64,000 nt of DNA from the NCBI GenBank assembly GCA_016871495.1, contig VHDF01000011.1:12384-76383 (forward strand), written 5' to 3'. The notes under the pieces are model-generated. The model searched no databases. It was not told the DNA's origin and saw only the letters and a program-made list of their open reading frames with translations. Below, piece after piece: positions 18,235-26,731 of the stretch. The DNA is from Verrucomicrobiota bacterium (lineage in GTDB: Bacteria; Verrucomicrobiota; Verrucomicrobiia; Limisphaerales; VHDF01). How positions within the stretch are numbered: the stretch's first letter is position 1; every line of letters starts with the position of its first letter. The position numbers and the translations under genes are program-made.

Positions 18235-19077
18235 ATGAGACTCGGCATCAATACGTTCCTCTTCACCTCTCCTTTCACCAACGAAAGCACCAAGCTGTTC
18301 CCCCAATTCAAAAAGTGGGGCTTCGATACCGTCGAAATTCCGGTCGAGGATCCGAGCCATATCGATCCCGCCCACGTCAAAGCCGAACTGGACAAGCACG
18401 GCCTCGTCTGCGGCTCGGTGTGCGCGTGCATGGGTGAGGACCGCGACTTGCGAGGCACGCCCGAACAGCAGAAGACCGGCCTCGAATACATGATGAAGCT
18501 TATCGACCAAATGGTCGTGCTGGATTGCCCCTCCCTGATCGGACCCGTTTATTCCGCCGTGGGCCGCGCCGACGCGGTTCCCGAGAAGGAATACAAACAG
18601 CAATGGAAAACGGTCGTGAAGCACCTTAAAGCGCTGGTCAAGTACGCCGGCAAAAAGGGCCGCCAAGTCTGCCTCGAGCCCCTGAATCGCTTCGAAACGG
18701 ATTTCATCAACACCTGCGATCAAGGCCTCAAAATGCTGGCCGATGTCGGGCATCCCGCCCTCAAGCTTCACCTCGACACGTTCCACATGAACATCGAAGA
18801 GAAGAACCAGGCCGCCGCCATCAAGAAAGCCGGCAAACAACTCGGCCACTTCCACGCCTGCGGCAGCGATCGCGGCACCCCGGGCAACGATCACATCGAC
18901 TGGAAACCCATCGCCGCCGCCCTTAAGTCCATCGGCTACCACGGCGACGTGGTGATCGAATCCTTCACCACCGACGTCAAAGTGATCGCCCGCGCCGCCG
19001 CCATCTGGCGCCGCATCGAACCCACCCGCGACGAAATCGCCGTCAAAGGAATCAAATTCCTCAAGAAAACACTCTAA
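18235..19077 (+). CDS. Sugar phosphate isomerase/epimerase (D-tagatose/psicose 3-epimerase-like TIM barrel)
   Basis: LEPLNRFETDF, HLDTFHMNIEE, HFHACGSDRGTPG, VIESF. Confidence 0.9.
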   Translation: MRLGINTFLFTSPFTNESTKLFPQFKKWGFDTVEIPVEDPSHIDPAHVKAELDKHGLVCGSVCACMGEDRDLRGTPEQQKTGLEYMMKLIDQMVVLDCPSLIGPVYSAVGRADAVPEKEYKQQWKTVVKHLKALVKYAGKKGRQVCLEPLNRFETDFINTCDQGLKMLADVGHPALKLHLDTFHMNIEEKNQAAAIKKAGKQLGHFHACGSDRGTPGNDHIDWKPIAAALKSIGYHGDVVIESFTTDVKVIARAAAIWRRIEPTRDEIAVKGIKFLKKTL

Positions 19078-19088
19078 ACCCTCCCTCC

Positions 19089-19802
19089 ATGAAAACTCTC
19101 GTTTCCCTCGCCGCACTGGCCCTCTCCTGGGCGGCCGCCGGCGCGCTTCAAGCCGCGTCCGTCGAACCCGGCTTCAAATCACTGTTCAACGGAAAAGATC
19201 TCACCGGCTGGCAAGGCAGCACGGATCTCTGGTCCGTCCAGGACGGCGCCATCACCGGCGTCACCAAAGCGGACCCCAAACTGACCCATAACACCTTTCT
19301 CGTCTATACAGGCGGCGAAGTGGGCAATTTCGAATTGCGCCTTTCCTACCGGATCGTCAATGGCAACTCCGGCATCCAATACCGCAGCAAGGTCGTCGAA
19401 CAAGGCAAGTTTGGCCCGATTGTCTCCGGCTACCAAGCCGACTTCGAGGCCGGCAAGACTTACTCCGGCATCCTCTACGAGGAACGCGGCCGCGGCATCC
19501 TCGCGCAACGCGGACAAAAAACCGCCATCAAGGAAGTGGACGGCAAAACCAAGGTCGAAGTCACCGGCCAAGTCGGCAAATCGGACGAAATCCAGGCCAA
19601 AATCAAGCACGAGGAATGGAACGAATACGTCGTCATCGCCGATGGCAACCACCTGCGCCACTTCATCAATGGCGTTCAAACCGTCGATGTCGTGGATGAA
19701 CAGGCCGCCAAGGCGGCCAAGTCCGGCGTGCTCGCCCTCCAAATCCACACCGGCCCCCCCATGACCGTCCAATTCAAGAATCTCCGCATCAAACAGTGGT
19801 AA
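19089..19802 (+). CDS. DUF1080 (3-keto-disaccharide hydrolase-like) secreted protein
   Basis: Signal peptide; SLFNGKDLTGW, NSGIQYRS, GYQAD, WNEY, LALQIH, VQFKNLRIK. Confidence 0.9.
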   Translation: MKTLVSLAALALSWAAAGALQAASVEPGFKSLFNGKDLTGWQGSTDLWSVQDGAITGVTKADPKLTHNTFLVYTGGEVGNFELRLSYRIVNGNSGIQYRSKVVEQGKFGPIVSGYQADFEAGKTYSGILYEERGRGILAQRGQKTAIKEVDGKTKVEVTGQVGKSDEIQAKIKHEEWNEYVVIADGNHLRHFINGVQTVDVVDEQAAKAAKSGVLALQIHTGPPMTVQFKNLRIKQW

Positions 19803-19815
19803 GCTCCCGCCACTC

Positions 19816-20739
19816 ATGAAATTCACCCGCTGTCTCGCTGCGCGCTCTTTCGTTTTCTTCGCCGTCCTTTTTGCCGTCCTCTTCACCGCTTGCACCCCTC
19901 TCGGCACTTCCAAATCCGCCAGCAAGAAGGTGATCTTTATCGCGGGGCGCATCAGCCATGGCGCGGGCGAACACGAACATCGAGCGGGTTGCCTGCTTCT
20001 CCAAAAATGCCTCGCAGGCGTTCCCGGCCTCGTCACCGAGGTCTACACCAACGGATGGCCGGCCGATGAACGCGTCCTCGACTCCGCCGATGCCATCGTC
20101 ATCTACAGCGACGGCGGCGGCGGTCACCCGGCCTTGCAAGCCCAGCGCCTGCAAACACTCGATCGCCTCATGAAAAAAGGCGTCGGGCTCGGCTGTATCC
20201 ACTATGCCGTCGAACCCACCAAGGACAAGGGCCAGCGCGAATTCCTGGAATGGATCGGCGGCTGCTTCGAGATTCATTACTCGGTCAACCCCCACTGGAC
20301 CGCCGAGTTCAAGTCCCTGCCCAAACACCCCGTGACCCAAGGGGTGCAGCCGTTCCAAACCCAGGATGAGTGGTATTTCAACATGCGCTTCCGGGAAGGC
20401 ATGAAAAACGTACAGGGAATCCTCACCGCGATCCCTCCCCAAACCACGATGAACCGTCCGGATGGACCCCACAGCGGCAACCCTTTCGTCCGGGCCACGG
20501 TCTCCCGCCGCGAACCGGTGCACGTCATGTGGGCCGCCGAACGGAACGGAGGCGGACGTGGCTTCGGCTTCACGGGCGGCCATTTCCATCGCGGATGGGG
20601 CAAAGACGATCAGCGCAAAACGGTGCTCAACGCCATCCTCTGGATCGCCAAGCTGAAAGTGCCTCGGCAAGGAGTCCACTCCGTCGTCACGCCCGAGGAT
20701 CTCCAAGCCAACCTTGATCCCAAACCACCGCGACGTTGA
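19816..20739 (+). CDS. ThuA-like domain lipoprotein
   Basis: Lipobox-like FTAC; IAGRISHGAGEHEH, YSDGGGGHP, LGCIHYAV, DEWYF, GFTGGHFH. Confidence 0.8.
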   Translation: MKFTRCLAARSFVFFAVLFAVLFTACTPLGTSKSASKKVIFIAGRISHGAGEHEHRAGCLLLQKCLAGVPGLVTEVYTNGWPADERVLDSADAIVIYSDGGGGHPALQAQRLQTLDRLMKKGVGLGCIHYAVEPTKDKGQREFLEWIGGCFEIHYSVNPHWTAEFKSLPKHPVTQGVQPFQTQDEWYFNMRFREGMKNVQGILTAIPPQTTMNRPDGPHSGNPFVRATVSRREPVHVMWAAERNGGGRGFGFTGGHFHRGWGKDDQRKTVLNAILWIAKLKVPRQGVHSVVTPEDLQANLDPKPPRR

Positions 20740-20987
20740 TGGAGTCCCCATCCATCTGCCCGCGCGGCCTGGCTCATCTCTCCGTGCGTTAGACGTTTTC
20801 CGTCCGCAGCGGTTCTCCCGCCTCGCGGGTTCAGCAGAGCCGTGCTCACGAATCGGAGTTCAGGAACACCCCAAACGATTTCAGTCCATTACCCGGAGCG
20901 GGCCTGTGCCGAAGGCCAAGCGTAGCCGATGGCACAGCCCAGAAAGACTTCACCTGTCCTGGGCGCCTCAGCCCTCCACAAACACAC

Positions 20988-21206
20988 CAGTGCATCCCGA
21001 AAGTATCCGCGACCGGCTTGCCCTGGGAACTCAGACAGCCCCGTCTGCCGTGGCGCAGGTTGCCCAACCTGCGAAGGGGAGACGGGAACGAGGCGCTTTG
21101 GGTGAAGACCGCCGCCCAGGTTGTCGCCCGCCCCGCCGACGGGCAGTCGGCGAAACCGCGGGCTCAGCCGCCTGCATTACCCTGCCACCAACTTTGGGAT
21201 GCACCG
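20988..21206. mobile_element. Family C element, diverged copy
   Basis: Ends CAGTGCATCC / GGATGCACCG; CAGACAGCCCCGTCTGCCGTGGCGCAGGTTGCCCAACCTGCG core; no clear DR. Confidence 0.7.
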
Positions 21207-23869
21207 TCAATACCACCACCCTCGCTCTCTTCTTCATCCTCGTCTGCCTGTTCACTCGCGCAAACGCCACTCCAGCCCATAAAGCCGCGCTCGACCAACA
21301 CTACGACCGTTTCCTCACCCCCTCTCTGAATCATTGCACGACGTGCCATCGACCATCCCCGCTCAAGGAACCCCAAAGCCTGTCTGAATTCCCCCATAAT
21401 GCCTTCGGTGACCGGCTCAAACGCGCCGCCGCCGAGCTCTCCCAGGCCGGCAAACCCAAAGCGCTGGCCGCCCGGTTGATCCTCGTGGGCACGGAAGATA
21501 GCGATGGAGACGGCACGGCCAACCAAGCCGAAATTCTTCTCGGACACAACCCCGGGGATCCTCTCGACAAACCCAACCACCAGGAACTCGCTTCCGCGTC
21601 CAGACGTGAATCCGAATTCCGCCAGTTCCTTTCTTCCTACCGTTGGCGGCCTTTCGAAAGCATCACCCAGCCCAAAATTCCCGCCACCGCCCCCCACCCC
21701 GTGGACGCGTTCCTCAGCCGCGCCCGCAGCGAGCAAAAACTCAGCGTCCAAAAAACCGCGCCAAAGCTCATCCTCCTGCGTCGGCTTTACCAGGACCTCA
21801 TCGGTCTCAATCCCACTCCATCAGAACAGCAGGCGTTCCTCGATGACTCTTCGATCGATGCTTACGAGAAAGTCGTGGACCGCCTGCTCGCAGACCCCCG
21901 ACACGGCGAACGCTGGGGACGCCATTGGATGGACGTGTGGCGCTACAGCGATTGGGCAGGCTGGGCGGACGGCAACCAGGTCCGTGACAGCAAACCTCAT
22001 ATTTGGCGCTGGCGCGATTGGATCATCGAATCCCTCAATCAGGACAAAGGCTACCATCGCATGCTTGCCGAAATGCTGGCCGGCGACGAGATCGCGCCCC
22101 TCGATTCGAACACGCTCCGCGCCACGGGCTTCCTCGTTCGGAATTACAAGATGCTTAGCCGCGAGCAGTGGATGGAGGACACCGTCAAACACACCTTCCA
22201 AGCTTTTCTCGGCGTTACTGTGGGATGCGCCAAATGCCACGATCACATGACCGATCCCATCTCCCAGTTGGATTACTACCGCGTGCGCTCCATCTTTGAC
22301 CCGCACCATGTTCGCACGGACGCCCTCCCCGGCCAAGCCGATCCCGCCAAAGACGGACTGGTCCGTGCCTACGACCTCAATACCAACCGGGTGACCTACG
22401 TCCTCAAACGGGGCGACGAACGGCATCCCGAAACCAATCGGGTTGCCGAGCCAGGAGTTCCCGCCGCCCTCACCGGATCGACTTCGCTGGCCCCTCGCGA
22501 AGGCCGCTTCCACACCAGCGATCTGCCGCTCCCCTCCGAAGCCGCCAAACCGCACCATCGCGAGTCCGTCCGCCGCGATCTCCTTACCGCCGCCGCCGCC
22601 GCCACGCTGCAAAAGCGAAAAGCGCTCGAGGCCGCCAAACCCACCGCGAACCCAGGCCGCCTTCAAGGGCTCGAACTCGAAGTGCTCCTGGAACAATCCC
22701 GCCAGGCAGCCTTGTCAGACTTGTTGGCCTTGGAAAGGTTCGAGGAGAAGAACGGGAGAAACAGCGGGCTTTGGGAATCCCTGGCCCGCCAAACCGTCGC
22801 CAGCCAGCGGCAATCCGCCCTGCTCGAAGCCCAATGGGACCAACGGCGCAAATTGGACTCCGTTTCCGAAGCCAAAACCAAATTCGAAGCGGCCAACCCG
22901 CTCGACGCCAAAACCTCCAACACCCTGGCCACCGCGCGCAAGAACCTTGAAGAGGCCGAAAAACAATTGCTTGCCGCGAAGCGCGAGATGGAGAAGCCCT
23001 TGTCCACCGAGTTCAAACCCCGCGCCGCAGAAACCTTCCCGGCGTCCAGTTCGGGCCGCCGGCTGCGTCTCGCCGAATGGATCGCGGATCCCAAGAATCC
23101 TCTCACCGCCCGGGTCGCCGTCAATCATGTCTGGCTCCGCCATTTCGGGCGCGGCCTCGCCCCCAACCCGGCTAACTTCGGCCGCCTCGGCGGCACCCCC
23201 GATCATCCGGAATTGTTCGACTGGCTGGCGGCAGAATTCGTCGCCCGTGAATGGAGCTTGAAATGGCTGCACCGGCTTCTCGTCACCAGCGAAACCTATC
23301 GACTGAATTCCACGCCGGACGAACCCAACCTGGCCATTGATCCGGACAATCGCTTCTACTGGCGCATGATGCCGCGGCGCCTCGAGGCGGAGGCTGTGCG
23401 CGACAGCCTTCTGCACGCGTCGGGCTCGATTCAACAAACCATGGGCGGACCCGAAATCGATCACCAACTCGGTTTGAAATCCACGCGACGCAGCGTCTAT
23501 CTCCGCATCGCTCCCGAAAAAGAAGTGGAGTTCCTCAAACTCTTCGATGGTCCCTCGGTGACCGAATGCTACGAACGGCGGCCCAGCATCATGCCTCAGC
23601 AAGCGCTCGCCCTGGGCAATAGCTCCATGGCCATCGAGCAAGCCAGGCTGCTCGCCACCCGCCTGTCGCGCGAGCACCGCGGCGACGAATCCTTCGTCCA
23701 ACAAGCCTATGCCCGGATCCTCGGACGTCCACCTGGACCCGAAGAACTCCGCTTGTGCCGCGAATTCCTCGACCGGCCTCCTCAAACCCAAGCCGGCAAC
23801 CCGGCCCGGCCCCGCGAAAATCTGGTGCTCGTCCTCTTCAATCATCACGAGGCGGTCACCGTCCGTTAA
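21194..23869 (+). CDS. DUF1549/DUF1553 (PSD1) protein with N-terminal CxxCH; start codon uncertain
   Basis: CTTCH, EDSDGDGTANQAE, LLRRLYQDLIGL, GERWGRHWMDVWRY, CAKCHDH, TARVAVNHVW, RRLEAEAVRD. The nearest in-frame start before the signal peptide is TTG 21194. Confidence 0.85.
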   Translation: MGCTVNTTTLALFFILVCLFTRANATPAHKAALDQHYDRFLTPSLNHCTTCHRPSPLKEPQSLSEFPHNAFGDRLKRAAAELSQAGKPKALAARLILVGTEDSDGDGTANQAEILLGHNPGDPLDKPNHQELASASRRESEFRQFLSSYRWRPFESITQPKIPATAPHPVDAFLSRARSEQKLSVQKTAPKLILLRRLYQDLIGLNPTPSEQQAFLDDSSIDAYEKVVDRLLADPRHGERWGRHWMDVWRYSDWAGWADGNQVRDSKPHIWRWRDWIIESLNQDKGYHRMLAEMLAGDEIAPLDSNTLRATGFLVRNYKMLSREQWMEDTVKHTFQAFLGVTVGCAKCHDHMTDPISQLDYYRVRSIFDPHHVRTDALPGQADPAKDGLVRAYDLNTNRVTYVLKRGDERHPETNRVAEPGVPAALTGSTSLAPREGRFHTSDLPLPSEAAKPHHRESVRRDLLTAAAAATLQKRKALEAAKPTANPGRLQGLELEVLLEQSRQAALSDLLALERFEEKNGRNSGLWESLARQTVASQRQSALLEAQWDQRRKLDSVSEAKTKFEAANPLDAKTSNTLATARKNLEEAEKQLLAAKREMEKPLSTEFKPRAAETFPASSSGRRLRLAEWIADPKNPLTARVAVNHVWLRHFGRGLAPNPANFGRLGGTPDHPELFDWLAAEFVAREWSLKWLHRLLVTSETYRLNSTPDEPNLAIDPDNRFYWRMMPRRLEAEAVRDSLLHASGSIQQTMGGPEIDHQLGLKSTRRSVYLRIAPEKEVEFLKLFDGPSVTECYERRPSIMPQQALALGNSSMAIEQARLLATRLSREHRGDESFVQQAYARILGRPPGPEELRLCREFLDRPPQTQAGNPARPRENLVLVLFNHHEAVTVR

Positions 23870-23870
23870 C

Positions 23871-25325
23871 ATGAAATCCCGCCCCGCCCCCCTTCACTGT
23901 CCCGGCGTCTCCCGCCGTTCGTTCCTCTCCGACACGGGCATGGGTTTCACCGGTCTCGCTCTCGGAGCCATGCTCCACCGGCACGGTTTTCTCACGGCCT
24001 CACCGGCGGCCTCTCCACCGCCGATCCCGCGAGCCAAGTCGGTGATCTGGATCTTTCTCTGTGGAGGCGTCAGCCACCTCGAAAGTTTCGACATCAAACC
24101 GGCGCTCAACACCTACTCCGGCAAGTCCATCGCCGAAACGCCTTACGCCAAGGTCCTCCAGACGGAGGGGAAAGACATCATCGGAGGCAACCCGAGCCAC
24201 GGCAATCGGAAGACGATCATGCCGTTGCAAACAGGTTACCGCGCCTATGGCCAATGCGGTCTCGAAGTGGGTGATTGGTTCAAAAACATCGGCGAATGCG
24301 CCGACGATCTCGCCATCGTCCGCTCGCTGTGGACCATCCACAACGATCACGGAGCCCAACTGACCTGGCAGACCGGGCGCCACCCCCGCGAGCTCGAACA
24401 TCCGACGCTCGGATCCTGGGTCGCCTACGGCCTGGGTTCGCTCAACCAAAACCTGCCTGAATACGTGGTGCTCGGCACGCCCACCGGCGATTGCTGTGGC
24501 GGCGCGTTCACCTACGGCGCTTCTTACCTCGGCCCCCAGCACGGCGGCGTCCGACTCGGCACGGACCCCAAGAATCCACTGCCCTTTCTCGCGCCGCCCC
24601 CAGGATCCCTTTCGCGCGAGGAACAGTTCGAAAACCTCTCCCTGCTTGGACGCCTCAATCAACTGTCTGGCATCGATTATCCCGACGACCCCCATCTGCT
24701 CGCTCGCATCAAATCCTACGAACTCGCTTTCCAAATGCAGTCCAGCGTTCCGGAAACGCTGGAGCTGCCGAAAGAATCGGAGCTCATTCGCCGCCTCTAC
24801 GGCATGGACCAGTCAGAAACGCGATCTTTCGGAGAACTTTGCCTCGTGGCCCGCCGACTCGTCGAACGCGGCGTCCGCTTCATTCAAATCTTCCACGGTG
24901 GCGGGGGTGGAGGCGCGTGGGACGCCCACTCGGAAATCAAATCCAATCACACCAAACTTTCCACCGAAGTGGACAAGCCGGTGGCGGGTCTGCTCAAGGA
25001 CCTGAAACAGCGCGGATTGCTCGACGACACGCTGGTGGTGTTCGGCACCGAATTTGGCCGCTCACCGGGAGCGGAAGGCAGCGGACGCGATCATCATCCT
25101 CAAGGCTTTTGCGCCTGGCTGGCCGGGGGCGGCGTCAAGGGCGGAGTTCAACATGGCGTTACGGACGAATTGGGTTTCCACGCGGTCGAGGACCGCCATT
25201 ACGTCACCGACATCCACGCCACCGTGCTCCATCAACTCGGCCTCGATTCCCGCCATCTCGAGCTCCCCGGCCGCAAACGCCTGGAACTCGACCACGGCGA
25301 AGTCATCCGCCCGATTCTGGGATGA
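23871..25325 (+). CDS. DUF1501 family protein (Tat signal)
   Basis: SRRSFL..GFTGLAL; AKSVIWIFLCGGVSHLESFD; LVERGVRFIQI; WDAH; TEFGRSP; RDHHP. Confidence 0.92.
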   Translation: MKSRPAPLHCPGVSRRSFLSDTGMGFTGLALGAMLHRHGFLTASPAASPPPIPRAKSVIWIFLCGGVSHLESFDIKPALNTYSGKSIAETPYAKVLQTEGKDIIGGNPSHGNRKTIMPLQTGYRAYGQCGLEVGDWFKNIGECADDLAIVRSLWTIHNDHGAQLTWQTGRHPRELEHPTLGSWVAYGLGSLNQNLPEYVVLGTPTGDCCGGAFTYGASYLGPQHGGVRLGTDPKNPLPFLAPPPGSLSREEQFENLSLLGRLNQLSGIDYPDDPHLLARIKSYELAFQMQSSVPETLELPKESELIRRLYGMDQSETRSFGELCLVARRLVERGVRFIQIFHGGGGGGAWDAHSEIKSNHTKLSTEVDKPVAGLLKDLKQRGLLDDTLVVFGTEFGRSPGAEGSGRDHHPQGFCAWLAGGGVKGGVQHGVTDELGFHAVEDRHYVTDIHATVLHQLGLDSRHLELPGRKRLELDHGEVIRPILG

Positions 25326-25336
25326 ATTCGATAACC

Positions 25337-25620
25337 TTCCCGACTAACTTGATGCTGAATTGACTCACCCTTCCACATCCTGGCCCGGCGGAGTTTATTC
25401 CAATGCGCTTTCAAGATGAGCTTAAGTCGCGCAGGATATTTCGTTGCAGGCAAGGCGCGAGGAAGGAGCATATCCGATGGATCTGGTGAATGATTCGGAA
25501 AGGCTTTATCGCCTGTACTTTGCGAAGTTTCATGAAGGGCAATGGCCGTTGTCAGCAAATAAACTCCGACGGGCCAGGATGTGGAAGGGTGAGTCAATTC
25601 AGCCTCAAGTTAGTCGGGAA
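25337..25620. mobile_element. Family D MITE with 63-bp TIRs enclosing a degenerate family E core
   Basis: TTCCCGACTAACTTGA..GGAGTTTATT inverted at both ends (2 mismatches); internal GGATCTGGTGAATGATTCGGAAAGGCTTTATCGC. Confidence 0.85.
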
Positions 25621-25900
25621 TTTCAAGACACTCATTTCGAACGGGGAAGGCGCATCGAGAATCAGACGCACCCATCCTTCAGGCTCACGCCCCAGGAATA
25701 CGAACCCGCGTTGCTTATGCTCGAAGTTCAAAAAACCGCGGAACACCCTGCCCTGCGCGCTCGCTTTGAAGCGGATCGCCAAGTGTTCACCAGGATGGAT
25801 CATCTTCGCATCGCCAAACCGGCTCAGCGCACAAATGAACCGAATCTTTTCGGAATTTCCGATTGTCTCGCCCCCCCTGAACCAGCTATAGAGGCACTCC

Positions 25901-26665
25901 ATGACGCCCTCACTGCTCATGCTACTGCCCTTCGGGGTCGTCGTGGCAGTGGGTTTTCTCTTCGTCCGCATGGCAAGCCGCGAGATTCCCAAGCGGCAAA
26001 GATCCCGGCTCAAAGAGGCCTTGGATGCTCTGGACCCCAGCAACGACCCGGAACCGGCGGAAGAACAAGCCTGGCTTCAGTGGCCTTCCCGATGGATCGC
26101 CGTATCGGGGGCCAAGCCTGTGGCCGTTCGCAATGCCCTTGATCTTTGCGGAGTCCAATGGTGCTCCCTCGCCGAAGGACTCCAATTGGCCTCGGAAGAC
26201 CGCTACTTCATCAGCCAGCATGTCAAGGACTGGGTCGTGGTTTTCGGTCGCGAATTGCCCGATCCTGGATCGGATCCCGACCATCTTTTTCGCTTCCTCT
26301 CGGATCTCAGCCACGAACTGGGCACGGTTCAGTATTTTTGCGCAGACCCCGTGGTGGGCGAACACGCCTGGATTTGGATCGAGCAAGGCCGGGTTAAACG
26401 CGCGTTCGCCTGGTCAGGCTCCACCGTCTGGAATCAGGGGGACCTCACTCCGGCCGAGAAATCCCTCGGCGTGGAATGCCCTGGATACGGCGAGGAATCG
26501 CCCGAAGATTTACGACGCAATGCCATGGCCCGATACAACGTGGACCGTGTGCATCAACTCGCCTCCAAATGGGGGCTGGACCCCGGGCGCTTGACCCGCA
26601 GCCTCCCGAAAGGTGCTCAGGGCATCGTTGGCAAAAGACGGCTGCAAAGAAAAAGCCAGCCTTAA
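25901..26665 (+). CDS. Hypothetical membrane-anchored protein
   Basis: One N-terminal TM helix, then a globular domain (RWIAV, DWVVVFG, EHAWIW, TVWNQGDLT). Confidence 0.75.
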   Translation: MTPSLLMLLPFGVVVAVGFLFVRMASREIPKRQRSRLKEALDALDPSNDPEPAEEQAWLQWPSRWIAVSGAKPVAVRNALDLCGVQWCSLAEGLQLASEDRYFISQHVKDWVVVFGRELPDPGSDPDHLFRFLSDLSHELGTVQYFCADPVVGEHAWIWIEQGRVKRAFAWSGSTVWNQGDLTPAEKSLGVECPGYGEESPEDLRRNAMARYNVDRVHQLASKWGLDPGRLTRSLPKGAQGIVGKRRLQRKSQP

Positions 26666-26731
26666 GTCCAAGGCCGGTTTCGAGTTTCCGCGATGCCCTC
26701 TCGGGGAGCTCTTACTCAAGTGTTATTCTCC

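Noticed and set aside
20750-20987. Additional hairpins before the C element (e.g. CTGTGCC...GGCACAG)
   Set aside because: Single copy in the window with no supporting termini, so not callable as an element or RNA.
20714-21193. N-terminal 160-aa extension of the PSD1 ORF
   Set aside because: It reads through intergenic DNA and a family C repeat; low-complexity and Arg/Pro-rich, preceding the signal peptide.
25444-26142. 232-aa ORF starting inside the family D element (possible mini-transposase)
   Set aside because: No DDE or HUH motifs; it spans the TIR and overlaps a better-supported gene in another frame.
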